A stretch of DNA of 64,000 nt from Kiritimatiellia bacterium. GTDB taxonomy: Bacteria; Verrucomicrobiota; Kiritimatiellia; JAKQHR01. The DNA lies in NCBI GenBank assembly GCA_050178035.1, contig JBFXGK010000004.1:3009-67008 (forward strand), in the 5' to 3' direction. Shown piece after piece: positions 26,771 through 35,339 of this stretch; positions within the stretch are counted from its first letter, which is position 1; each line of letters starts with the position of its first letter. A model generated the notes under the pieces. The model had not been told where the DNA came from. It made no database searches and saw only the letters and a program-made list of their open reading frames with translations. The position numbers were made by a program, and so were the translations under genes.

Positions 26771-28459
26771 TCATGAGAATTTTCCGAGAACCCTCAGCGT
26801 TTCGGACGGCGAGGTAACTCCCTGCCGGATTTTTTCGACAGCATCCTCCGCCAGCGGGGAGAATCCCCTGCCCGTCACGGCCCGGCTCAATGCCGTCAGG
26901 TCTGCCTCGTGCCGGATCGCATCGCGGATGGCATCGTCCATCAGCAGGAGTTCATAAATCCCCGTCCGGCCTGAATAGCCCCCCATGCAGGAGGCGCACC
27001 CGTTGGCTTCAAACACCTTTTGACCTTTCAGCCGCTGCGCATAGACCCCCAGGGCGGCGATATCGTCCGCAGACAGTTCCGCCGGCTTTTTGCACTGGCG
27101 GCACAAAGACCTGACCAGCCGCTGCGCCACCACGCCGCTGGTGGCGGCCGATACCAGATAGCGGGGAATGCCCATGTCCACCAGGCGAATTACGGCTCCG
27201 ATGGCGTCATTTGTGTGAAGCGTGCTGAACACCAGATGCCCCGTGAGCGAAGAACGCACAGCGATTTCGGCGGTTTCCAGGTCGCGCGTTTCACCAACAA
27301 GGATAATGTCCGGATCCTGGCGCAGAATATGGCGCAAGCCCTGCGCAAAGGTCAGGCCGATTTTCGGCTTCACGGATATCTGGCCAATGTGCGGGAGCTG
27401 GTATTCCACCGGATCCTCGATCGTAAGGATGTTCAGATGTTCGCTGTCGAGTTCCTGCAGCGCCGCGTAGAGCGTGGTGGTTTTTCCACTTCCGGTCGGG
27501 CCCGTCACCCATATGGCGCCGTGATTCAGTTTCAGGAGTTCTGAAAACGACCGGTTCAGGCGCTCCGGCATGCCGAGATCACAGAGTGAAAGCAGCGTGG
27601 ATTCACGGTTCAGCAGGCGAAGCACCAGCCGTTCACCCTCGGCCACGGGAACGGTCGAGATGCGGATATCTATGTCGCGCTCACCAACGGATACCCTGGC
27701 CATACCGTCCTGCGGGAGACGCTTCTCGGCTATGTCGAGATGCCCCATGACCTTCAGTCGCGAAATGAGGGCCGCCTCGAAATGCTTCGGGGGAGGAGGC
27801 TGCTCGTACAACATGCCGTCAATCCGATAGCGCACGCGCAGGGTTTCCTCCAGCGGTTCAATGTGAATGTCGGATGCGCGGCGTCGCACAGCCTCAAGCA
27901 GAATCAAGTTGACCAGCCGTGTCACCGGGGCATCGGCCGCCACGGTCAGCAAATCATTGGAACCGGTCGAGACGGTCGGGGCGGACTTTTCCGGTTCCGG
28001 CAGTCCCGCCATCACCTCCGAGGCTGTTTCGCGGCGCATGAAATAGCAGCTTTCGATAACCTCCCGGATTTTTTCGGGCAGCGCCAGCAGAGGCATCAGG
28101 GGGCATCCGGTCAGCAGCGCCAAATCATCCTGCTCATTGATGCGTGTGGGATCCGCTGTCAGAACCGCAGGTTTTCCGTTGTATCGAACCGGAAGCATTT
28201 GATGCGAACGCGCCCATTCCACGGGAAGATTTTTAACTAGTTCCGAGTCCAGCATTCCGGGCAGCACGGCATCCAGCATGTCACAATGATACTGAACGCC
28301 CAATGCCCGGAGCACGTCGGCGGACGATGCATGCCCCTGCTCCACGAGGATTTCTCCGACCCGGCGGCCGGGATTCGACTGCTGGAGCGCGAGGGCCTCT
28401 TCCAGCTGCGCGGGACTGACTGTGCCGCGCTCAATGAGTATCTGGCCCAGCAGTCTCAC
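26771..28459 (-). CDS. gspE: type II secretion ATPase GspE (PilB/MshE-like N-terminal domain)
   Basis: Walker A GPTGSGKTT, Asp/His boxes, tetracysteine CRQC...CASC. N-terminal LGQILIERGTVSPAQLEEAL T2SSE_N-type domain. Confidence 0.88.
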   Translation of the reverse strand: MRLLGQILIERGTVSPAQLEEALALQQSNPGRRVGEILVEQGHASSADVLRALGVQYHCDMLDAVLPGMLDSELVKNLPVEWARSHQMLPVRYNGKPAVLTADPTRINEQDDLALLTGCPLMPLLALPEKIREVIESCYFMRRETASEVMAGLPEPEKSAPTVSTGSNDLLTVAADAPVTRLVNLILLEAVRRRASDIHIEPLEETLRVRYRIDGMLYEQPPPPKHFEAALISRLKVMGHLDIAEKRLPQDGMARVSVGERDIDIRISTVPVAEGERLVLRLLNRESTLLSLCDLGMPERLNRSFSELLKLNHGAIWVTGPTGSGKTTTLYAALQELDSEHLNILTIEDPVEYQLPHIGQISVKPKIGLTFAQGLRHILRQDPDIILVGETRDLETAEIAVRSSLTGHLVFSTLHTNDAIGAVIRLVDMGIPRYLVSAATSGVVAQRLVRSLCRQCKKPAELSADDIAALGVYAQRLKGQKVFEANGCASCMGGYSGRTGIYELLLMDDAIRDAIRHEADLTALSRAVTGRGFSPLAEDAVEKIRQGVTSPSETLRVLGKFS

Positions 28460-28460
28460 C

Positions 28461-30395
28461 CTACTCCCTCAGTTGAATGGCAGACATATAGTTGGTGGCC
28501 AGGGTTCCGGCTTCGGACCGGTTTTCCCAGGACTTGCGCTCGGCCAGGGCTGCATCGGATTCGGTCACAATGTGCGGAGTTACAAAAATCAGCAGATTTG
28601 TGCGCTCCGATCGCTTTGACGTGCTGCGGAACAGGTGTCCCAGGATCGGAATATCACCCAGCAGGGGGATCTTGTAAACCGTGTTGATCTGGTCGTCGCG
28701 AATCAGGCCGGATATCGCAATGGTGGTCTTGTCCTTGACGGTAACCGTCGTGGAGACCTCCCGCTTGGTGATCGTCGGGGTATAGGCCAGTTCCCCCGCC
28801 GATGAATCAATGACGGCCTCTATGCAGGGATTCAGCTCAATGGTCACTTCCTTGTCCGGATTCACATGCGGCGTCAGCTTCAGCTTGATGCCCACGTCGA
28901 GACGGTCAATGTTCTGGATGGTGTCACGCGCCGTCCCCGAGCCGCCCTCGATGGTGGATTTCAGAATCGGAATGTTCTCCACCACGCTCACGCTGGCCTC
29001 GGTATTGTTCTGAGCCCAGAGGGGAATGTTGGAAAGAACTTTTATATCCCGGTCTTGAGCCAGCGCGCGCAGCAGAACCGGGATGCTGGGCTGCACATTG
29101 CCGGATGCATCGGTGTAAGTTCCCTTGGCTACGCCAACAGCAAGGCCCTGCGGAAGAATCCCTTCGGTGATGTAATCCATGAGCGTGTCCGTCTCTCCCG
29201 GACGGCTGCGGCCCAGCACCGTTGTCCTGCCGTCCTCCGCCATGTCAATGGTGGACCATTCGACGCCCAGATCCAGATTCTTGTCTGCGGAAACTTCAAC
29301 AATCAGGATTTCAACCAGAACCTGCTGCGGCATTTGATCCAGCTTGGCCACAAGCTCCTGAACCCACTCGCAGTCGCGCGGGCTGCCGTGTACAAGCAAA
29401 GCGTTGTTGGCAATGTCCGGCTCGATGGCGATGCGGCGCTTCTGATCCTTTTCTGTCGTCTTTTCCAGCAGCGCATTCAAACTCTTGGCCGCATCTTCCG
29501 CCTGCAGATATTTCAGGAAAATGGCGTTGAGGGGCCCGCGGTTCGCGATGCCCTCGGTGTCCAGCTTGTCCAGCATCCGCTTCATTTCATTTATGTTGGC
29601 GGGGGTTCCAACCAGCAGCAGGCTGTTGGCATGAATTACGGGAACCACAATCATGTCCGTCGGCACGGCGGCGCGGCCCTCCGCCACCTGCTGTAAATGC
29701 CGGCTGACCCTGCGGCCAGAGGTTTCGCTGCCCTCGATGGCCATCATGAGCTGCGCGGCCACATCCTCTGCAGATGCGTTCTTCAGCGGCACCACTTCTG
29801 CGATCCGGTTGGAGCCTTCCTTGTCCATTTCCGCAATGATCTTCTCCAGGCGCGCAATATTCTCGGCCGTATCGGTGATCAGCAGATGGTTCGTGGGCCC
29901 GAACGCGCTGAGGCTGCCGGTTTTCCCGCCGCTCACCATGGGCAAAAGCATGGCGCGCAATTCAAGCGCGTCAATAAACTTGAGCTTGATAACCTTCGTG
30001 ATGATGCCGGCTTCGCCGGATGTATCGCCCGTCATCACCGGCGCGGAAGGGACTTCCCGGGCGGCCAGCGGAACAATGTGCGACAGGGTATCCTTTTTGA
30101 TTATAGAATAGCCCGACGATTCCAGAATGGAGACAAAAAGCGGATAAACCTCATCCGCGGGAATCTGGGACGGGGTCACGACCGTAACCTCGGCCTTGAC
30201 ATCCTCGTCCACCACAAACTGCATGCCGGTGATCTCGCCCACCAGCTTGATGAGCAGACGGATATCCACGCGGTCGAAATTGAAATTGACGTATTGCCGG
30301 CTGCCGTTCTGCTGCGCGGGCAAATGACCCGGCAGCAGCGCACAGAAAAACAGCAGGCCTGTCAGCAGCACAATAGAGCGGCGTCCGCCAGTCAT
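28461..30395 (-). CDS. gspD: type II secretion system secretin GspD
   Basis: Signal peptide, N0-like NFNFDRVDIRLLIKLVGEITGMQFVVDEDVKAEVTV. C-terminal secretin signature IPLLGDIPILGHLFRSTSKRSERTNLLIFVTPHIV. Confidence 0.88.
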   Translation of the reverse strand: MTGGRRSIVLLTGLLFFCALLPGHLPAQQNGSRQYVNFNFDRVDIRLLIKLVGEITGMQFVVDEDVKAEVTVVTPSQIPADEVYPLFVSILESSGYSIIKKDTLSHIVPLAAREVPSAPVMTGDTSGEAGIITKVIKLKFIDALELRAMLLPMVSGGKTGSLSAFGPTNHLLITDTAENIARLEKIIAEMDKEGSNRIAEVVPLKNASAEDVAAQLMMAIEGSETSGRRVSRHLQQVAEGRAAVPTDMIVVPVIHANSLLLVGTPANINEMKRMLDKLDTEGIANRGPLNAIFLKYLQAEDAAKSLNALLEKTTEKDQKRRIAIEPDIANNALLVHGSPRDCEWVQELVAKLDQMPQQVLVEILIVEVSADKNLDLGVEWSTIDMAEDGRTTVLGRSRPGETDTLMDYITEGILPQGLAVGVAKGTYTDASGNVQPSIPVLLRALAQDRDIKVLSNIPLWAQNNTEASVSVVENIPILKSTIEGGSGTARDTIQNIDRLDVGIKLKLTPHVNPDKEVTIELNPCIEAVIDSSAGELAYTPTITKREVSTTVTVKDKTTIAISGLIRDDQINTVYKIPLLGDIPILGHLFRSTSKRSERTNLLIFVTPHIVTESDAALAERKSWENRSEAGTLATNYMSAIQLRE

Positions 30396-31165
30396 TTTAC
30401 AATCCCCCTGTCTGAAGCCTTCACAAACTCAATGAGATGCTCAAGCTCCGGGGTTTTATCCGGCCACGCCTGCAATTGTTCCACAGCCTGCGAGGTCAGG
30501 ACATCCTGCCGGTAGATGAGCTTGAACGCATCCTTGAGCTGCTTGCGGGACGCGGCCGATATGCCCTTGCGCTTCAGGCCGACGCTGTTGAGCCCGTGAA
30601 CACTGATCGGATGGCCGTCGGCCATCATGTACGGCGGGATGTCCTGGGTAACCTTTGAACAACCGCCAATGATGGCAAGTTTTCCGATGCGCACAAACTG
30701 GTGAATACCGCTCAATCCACCGACAATCACCTGATCTTCCACAATCACGTGTCCGGCAAGAGTGCCGCAGTTCGCGACGATGACCGAATTTCCGACCTGG
30801 CAGTCATGGGCCACATGGGAATAGGCCATCAGAAGGCATCCGTCTCCGATGCGCGTCGTGTCACCCTCACTGGTGGCCAGGTTCACGGTGACATATTCGC
30901 GAATGGTTGTTCGGTTCCCGATAACCACATAGGATACTTTGCCATCGTATTTCAGATCCTGCGTCTGCTGGCCGATGCTCGCAAAGGGGAAAATCCGGCA
31001 CTGGTTTCCGATGGTCGTGTGTCCCCCGACCACCACATGCGACAGCAGCACCGTGTCATCGCCGATTTTCACGTCGGGGCCGATCACGCAATAGGGGCCG
31101 ATCGAAACGCGTTCACCAATTCGGGCCGCAGGATCCACGATGGCTGTTTGATGAATATCGGGCAT
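30392..31165 (-). CDS. lpxA: acyl-ACP--UDP-N-acetylglucosamine O-acyltransferase
   Basis: Hexapeptide-repeat left-handed beta-helix (IHQTAIVDPAARIGERVSIGPYCVIG) plus C-terminal helical domain. 257 aa, preceded by fabZ. Confidence 0.9.
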   Translation of the reverse strand: MPDIHQTAIVDPAARIGERVSIGPYCVIGPDVKIGDDTVLLSHVVVGGHTTIGNQCRIFPFASIGQQTQDLKYDGKVSYVVIGNRTTIREYVTVNLATSEGDTTRIGDGCLLMAYSHVAHDCQVGNSVIVANCGTLAGHVIVEDQVIVGGLSGIHQFVRIGKLAIIGGCSKVTQDIPPYMMADGHPISVHGLNSVGLKRKGISAASRKQLKDAFKLIYRQDVLTSQAVEQLQAWPDKTPELEHLIEFVKASDRGIVK

Positions 31166-31174
31166 ATCTATCCT

Positions 31175-31606
31175 CTATTCAGCGCGAAAGAAGGTCATGT
31201 CGGCTTCGACCGCCAGCTTGCCGTCCACGAAGGCCTTTCCATGCATGACACAGACGGTTTTCCGCATTTTAACGATCTCGCACTCCATGCGCATCTGGTC
31301 GCCGGGCTTGATCATCTGCCGGAACTTGGCATTGTCAATGGCCATGAAATAGGCCACCGACTTCTCAGCCTTGGCGATCTTGTTGATCAGAATCCCGCCC
31401 ACCTGGGCCATAGCCTCAATTTGAAGCACGCCCGGCATTACCGGATGGCCCGGGAAATGCCCCTGGAAGAATATTTCGTTGAACGTCAGGTTCTTGATGC
31501 CGACAATGCGCTTCTCAAAATCGCATTCAATGACCCTGTCCACCAGCAGCATCGGATACCGGTGAGGCAGAATCTGCAGGATGTCTTCCAATTCCATAAC
31601 CGCCAT
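31175..31606 (-). CDS. fabZ: 3-hydroxyacyl-ACP dehydratase
   Basis: LPHRYPMLLVDRV and HFPGHPVMPGVLQIEAMAQ. AAGGAG Shine-Dalgarno 8-9 nt upstream of ATG 31606. Confidence 0.9.
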   Translation of the reverse strand: MAVMELEDILQILPHRYPMLLVDRVIECDFEKRIVGIKNLTFNEIFFQGHFPGHPVMPGVLQIEAMAQVGGILINKIAKAEKSVAYFMAIDNAKFRQMIKPGDQMRMECEIVKMRKTVCVMHGKAFVDGKLAVEADMTFFRAE

Positions 31607-31697
31607 AATATCTGCTCCTTCTTCAATAAACCGCATGTGATGATGCCTTAATTTCTGCCGCATGACAAACCATAAAAAGGAACCGGAAACCGGAGAA

Positions 31698-31997
31698 TCA
31701 GGCGGGGCGGCAGGGACAGCAGCCCCAGCGCGCCGGGAAATCGCGGCACTGCGCCGGGCGTGCCGGATAAATGCGGCAGCGGTTTCCTTCCAGAAAGACG
31801 CAATCGTCGCCTTTCCCCGGCGCCAGACAAAGCTGATTCCGGTTCGGAGCCAAAACGGTAAAATCGCGGATAAAATCTTCTTCGCTTGCTCTTAGAAAAA
31901 GAGCGGCTTGATGGATATCCCCTTCATCCACGTAAACAAAACCGGACCACCGGCAGCATTCGCCGCACTGTCTGCATTCGGGGGAGATATCCGGCAT
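31698..31997 (-). CDS. YkgJ family cysteine-cluster protein
   Basis: CRQCGECCR N-terminal CxxCxxCC plus CVFLEGNRCRIYPARPAQCRDFP. Start 31997 (MPDISPE). Confidence 0.75.
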   Translation of the reverse strand: MPDISPECRQCGECCRWSGFVYVDEGDIHQAALFLRASEEDFIRDFTVLAPNRNQLCLAPGKGDDCVFLEGNRCRIYPARPAQCRDFPARWGCCPCRPA

Positions 31998-32014
31998 GGC
32001 CAATTTGGAACAGC

Positions 32015-32674
32015 CTACTGCGCGAGCGACGCTTCTCCGCCCAGACCCAGTTTGATGGGATCGGTCACATCCAGAAGCTCGTAGGAACATTCAATACCGT
32101 TCATCCAGGCAAATCCGCGGGCCTTTTTGAAAATGGCATAACTGTCATCACGGACAAGGAATGTGATCATGTCTTCCTCCTTGTTCACTTCGCTTAACAG
32201 CTTCTCATACCAGCCGCCGGTTTGGACGGTCTTCATCAGAAGCGTGTCAACAGTTACATCATCCAGACTGAGACCTTTTGCATCCGGCTTTGGAATCAGC
32301 AGATTCTGGCCCGCCAGCGCAAAAGAAAGGTCCAGCTTGTAATTGTCGGTATCCAGCACAGCGCTGCTCATCATCTGGAGCATTTTATCCCTGTCGCCAG
32401 CCGCCTCTTTCTCAATCCGGGCCAGTTCGTCATCCAGGGCCTTCCGGATCTGGGCAATATCAACGAAATAAAGAAGATTTCCCCGGCACTCCACAAAAAC
32501 AGGGCGCTTGGTGCTGAGGTGGGCCATAGGCGTGGGAACAATCATCTTGATTTGCGAGGCGTCAATGCTCGTCAGAATGATGATGAGCACCAGCACGCCC
32601 AGCAGACAGGTCATGATATCCAGAAACGAGTCCAGATTGACCTTGGCTTTCTTCCCTTTTTTCTTTTTTGGCAT
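32015..32674 (-). CDS. ExbD/TolR-like protein, long form (Asp retained in TM)
   Basis: VNLDSFLDIMTCLLGVLVLII aligns with E. coli ExbD INVTPFIDVMLVLLIIF. C-terminal ITFLVRDDSYAIFKKARGFAWMNGIE resembles the ExbD periplasmic fold. 219 aa versus about 135-140 typical. Confidence 0.65.
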   Translation of the reverse strand: MPKKKKGKKAKVNLDSFLDIMTCLLGVLVLIIILTSIDASQIKMIVPTPMAHLSTKRPVFVECRGNLLYFVDIAQIRKALDDELARIEKEAAGDRDKMLQMMSSAVLDTDNYKLDLSFALAGQNLLIPKPDAKGLSLDDVTVDTLLMKTVQTGGWYEKLLSEVNKEEDMITFLVRDDSYAIFKKARGFAWMNGIECSYELLDVTDPIKLGLGGEASLAQ

Positions 32675-32689
32675 TCTGCAAATCCTCTG

Positions 32690-33319
32690 CTACTGGGCCG
32701 CTTCCACCGGAGGGGCGGCCGCAGGTTCGGCGGGAGCTTCAGCCGCCGCCGGTTCCGCATTGGTCGCCGCGGCCGGCGCTGCGTCCGGTACTGCTGCCAT
32801 GCCGAGGGCCGCCCTGACCGCTGCCACATCAGGGGCCTTCAACTCCGGAATCTTCCGGCCCGCCTCATACAGTTCATGCCCGACATCTATGCCGCGGTCG
32901 TGCAGGGCCCGGCGGAGCTGCTTGGCCACCCGGGAAGATTTCGGGCGCAGGACAAGAATGACATAAATCCTGCTTTTCAGCGGCTCGATCAGATCAAGGA
33001 GCTGTTCAAAGGCATTCCCCTTAATCTCCAGTTCGCTCAGCGCAAGCTCCCGGATTTCCGGGTACAGGATCACCCGGTCCGCATGGACATCAATATAAAA
33101 AGGTTCTTTCGTCTTGTTCGCATAGATCGGCTGGCCGACATACGCTCCCTGCTCCTCGCCGTACTCTTCATAGGCGCCCCGGACGAGGGACATGATTTCA
33201 ACATTCTCCGGATTGCTGACAATGATAACCATGTTCACCACGAGAATAACCACCATACATCCAATGGCCATGATGATGATATTCATGAAGGCAGACAGAT
33301 CCATTTCTACTTTACTCAT
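32690..33319 (-). CDS. ExbD/TolR-like protein, long form (Asn at the conserved TM Asp position), Ala/Pro-rich tail
   Basis: MDLSAFMNIIIMAIGCMVVIL aligns with the ExbD TM. IYVILVLRPKSSRVAKQLRRALHDRGIDVG is ExbD-like. C-terminal PAAATNAEPAAAEAPAEPAAAPP tail. ATGA overlap with the upstream gene. Confidence 0.6.
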   Translation of the reverse strand: MSKVEMDLSAFMNIIIMAIGCMVVILVVNMVIIVSNPENVEIMSLVRGAYEEYGEEQGAYVGQPIYANKTKEPFYIDVHADRVILYPEIRELALSELEIKGNAFEQLLDLIEPLKSRIYVILVLRPKSSRVAKQLRRALHDRGIDVGHELYEAGRKIPELKAPDVAAVRAALGMAAVPDAAPAAATNAEPAAAEAPAEPAAAPPVEAAQ

Positions 33320-35316
33320 GGCTTCTGTCCCTCTGCAGCGGAAGCTTCGGCCGGGGCCGCGCCCTCTGCCTGAGGCGCGGCATTCGTCACAGAGGCCGGA
33401 GTTATTCCTTCAGCGGCGCCTTTATTCTCCGTTACCGGTGCAACATCTTCAGCCGTCACAGCCGGCCGGCTGGCTTCCATTTCGCGGTCCTTCTTCTGAA
33501 CCATCGCAGTAACCTTGTGATCCATGCTGCGGAACTCATGCATCTCGGTCATGCCGACGCCCACCGCGACGTTCACCGGGCTTTTCCCTATATTCAACCA
33601 CCCCATGCTGCCGGCATCTCTGTCCGGATCCATGGCCACCGCCATCAGCTCCCCCTGATCCGAGCTTTCCGCGCTGCTCATGGCCGTTGCCACATCCGTA
33701 AAGGCGGCGAGATAAATCTCCTTCGTCCCGTCCGGGGCTTCCACCACAATCTCGCCGGTGTTCTGCTGGCCGGAATTCAAACGCAGATAATAATCGCTGA
33801 AGATTCCAAGGCCCAGAAAAGCGAGATTGAGGTTCACTCCGTTTTCATTCTTCTCAAGTCCGACTGAAGAAACCGGGAGCAGGATGCGTCCGGAGTTCCC
33901 GCCGTCCTCCCAGACGTCGCCGGACTTGCGCTGGGCGATGTTCAGTCCCGTGAACAGTTCGCGCGTCTGCTCGACCTTCCCGCTTTTCCGCGTCGCGGAG
34001 AAATACGCAAGGCTGGGAGTGGCCATATCTCCGCTGTCTATGGATTTTCCGGGGAAGAAGATCACAAAATCAAGCCGTGTCAAAGGGTCTTCGCTGACGC
34101 TTCCTTCAGCATCCTCGGGCGAATTGGCAACGATCCTCCCCGCCAGCAGGGCGATCTTGTCAATGGATTCCTGCATGGAAAGCGACATGGCCAGCCGGTC
34201 GGTCGCCACAGTCTGCCCGCTTGTATTCAAAACCTTATCCAGGAACTTCTTCGCCTGGCGCGGCTTGAATCCTTCATTGTCCTCTATGTCGCCGACGGTC
34301 CGCTGCAGCATATATCCCCCAACGGCAGGCACAGCGGCCTCAACAATGACCCCCTTGCCTTCATCGGCAATATAAAGGCTGTTCGAAACCTGAAGCAGTC
34401 CGCCCACCCGGTCAAGACCGCCAACCAGAATCTTCGGATCGCCGTTCATGGGAACTTCCAGCACCCGCGCCCCGCCTGCCGCAACGTTCTGACCCGAAAC
34501 AAAGGCCCCGTTGGGCAGAAGAGTCAGGGCATCGGCGGACATGTTCGCGCCGCTTTCCTCGCGGGTGCCCATGGGTATGCGCCGGATGCAGTCCCACCAC
34601 GCCAGCCCGCCGCGGTCGCGTTCCGCGATGACCGCAATATCCTCGCCGCGCGAAAGACAGACGCCGCTGTAATTCATGAAAGGACCGAAATCCAGCACCC
34701 ACCAGTCGCCCTTTGCGTCCCGCATGAGCACGGATCCGAAATGCAGAACATCAGCATCCGCCACAGAACCGGCCAGAAACAGGCGGCCGTCGCTTGCCAG
34801 CTTGACATCAGTCCAGGTGAAGGGGCGGTCAATCCACGGGACAGGAATGATTTGGCCATTGGTATAGGCGCCCGCGGCGTCCGGCACGAACTCGATCAGA
34901 CGCCCCCCCGGAACACTTTCGCAGACGTAGATCGTTCCGTTGGTCGCAACGGCCACGCCGCCCGGTGTGTTCAGAGCGGTCCGGGAAAGCGCCTCCTTGG
35001 TGAGCTCACGGTTCATCATCCAAAGAGGAATCTGCGTCTTGTCCATCCCCCAGTTTGTGGTGATGACCGGAGACGCTGAACCGCCCTTGATCAGAGATAT
35101 CCGGCCGGCTTTTTTCTCGGCCACATAAATATCGCCGGTGTCGGCGCGGACTGCCATGCCTGCGGGGCCCTGCAGCCCGCTGACCAGCACCTTGGAAGAC
35201 AAGCTTCCGTCATAGGCGCGCACCGAAGAAACCATGAGGCACGGCAAGAACGCCAGAACAACAGCGGCGGGCAGGGCCCGCAAAGCCATTCCGCTGTTAT
35301 TTCCTGTCATGCCCAT
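33316..35316 (-). CDS. exported 666-aa protein: NHL/SMP-30-like beta-propeller N-half, unknown C-half, Ala/Pro-rich tail
   Basis: Signal/anchor ALPAAVVLAFLPCLMVSSVRA. Repeated blades GPAGMAVRADTGDIYVAE, PGGVAVATNGTIYVCE, ASDGRLFLAG, SNSLYIADEG. GGGAG Shine-Dalgarno upstream. Confidence 0.65.
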   Translation of the reverse strand: MGMTGNNSGMALRALPAAVVLAFLPCLMVSSVRAYDGSLSSKVLVSGLQGPAGMAVRADTGDIYVAEKKAGRISLIKGGSASPVITTNWGMDKTQIPLWMMNRELTKEALSRTALNTPGGVAVATNGTIYVCESVPGGRLIEFVPDAAGAYTNGQIIPVPWIDRPFTWTDVKLASDGRLFLAGSVADADVLHFGSVLMRDAKGDWWVLDFGPFMNYSGVCLSRGEDIAVIAERDRGGLAWWDCIRRIPMGTREESGANMSADALTLLPNGAFVSGQNVAAGGARVLEVPMNGDPKILVGGLDRVGGLLQVSNSLYIADEGKGVIVEAAVPAVGGYMLQRTVGDIEDNEGFKPRQAKKFLDKVLNTSGQTVATDRLAMSLSMQESIDKIALLAGRIVANSPEDAEGSVSEDPLTRLDFVIFFPGKSIDSGDMATPSLAYFSATRKSGKVEQTRELFTGLNIAQRKSGDVWEDGGNSGRILLPVSSVGLEKNENGVNLNLAFLGLGIFSDYYLRLNSGQQNTGEIVVEAPDGTKEIYLAAFTDVATAMSSAESSDQGELMAVAMDPDRDAGSMGWLNIGKSPVNVAVGVGMTEMHEFRSMDHKVTAMVQKKDREMEASRPAVTAEDVAPVTENKGAAEGITPASVTNAAPQAEGAAPAEASAAEGQKP

Positions 35317-35339
35317 GGCCGAAATGCTCCCAGCTGGAA

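Noticed and set aside
32222-33373. 383-aa plus-strand ORF across the ExbD-like genes.
   Set aside because: It is Arg/His/Gly-rich with runs like RRGGRRFGGSFSRRRFRIGRRGRR. The minus-strand ORFs have TM helices, Shine-Dalgarno sites and ExbD-like alignment.
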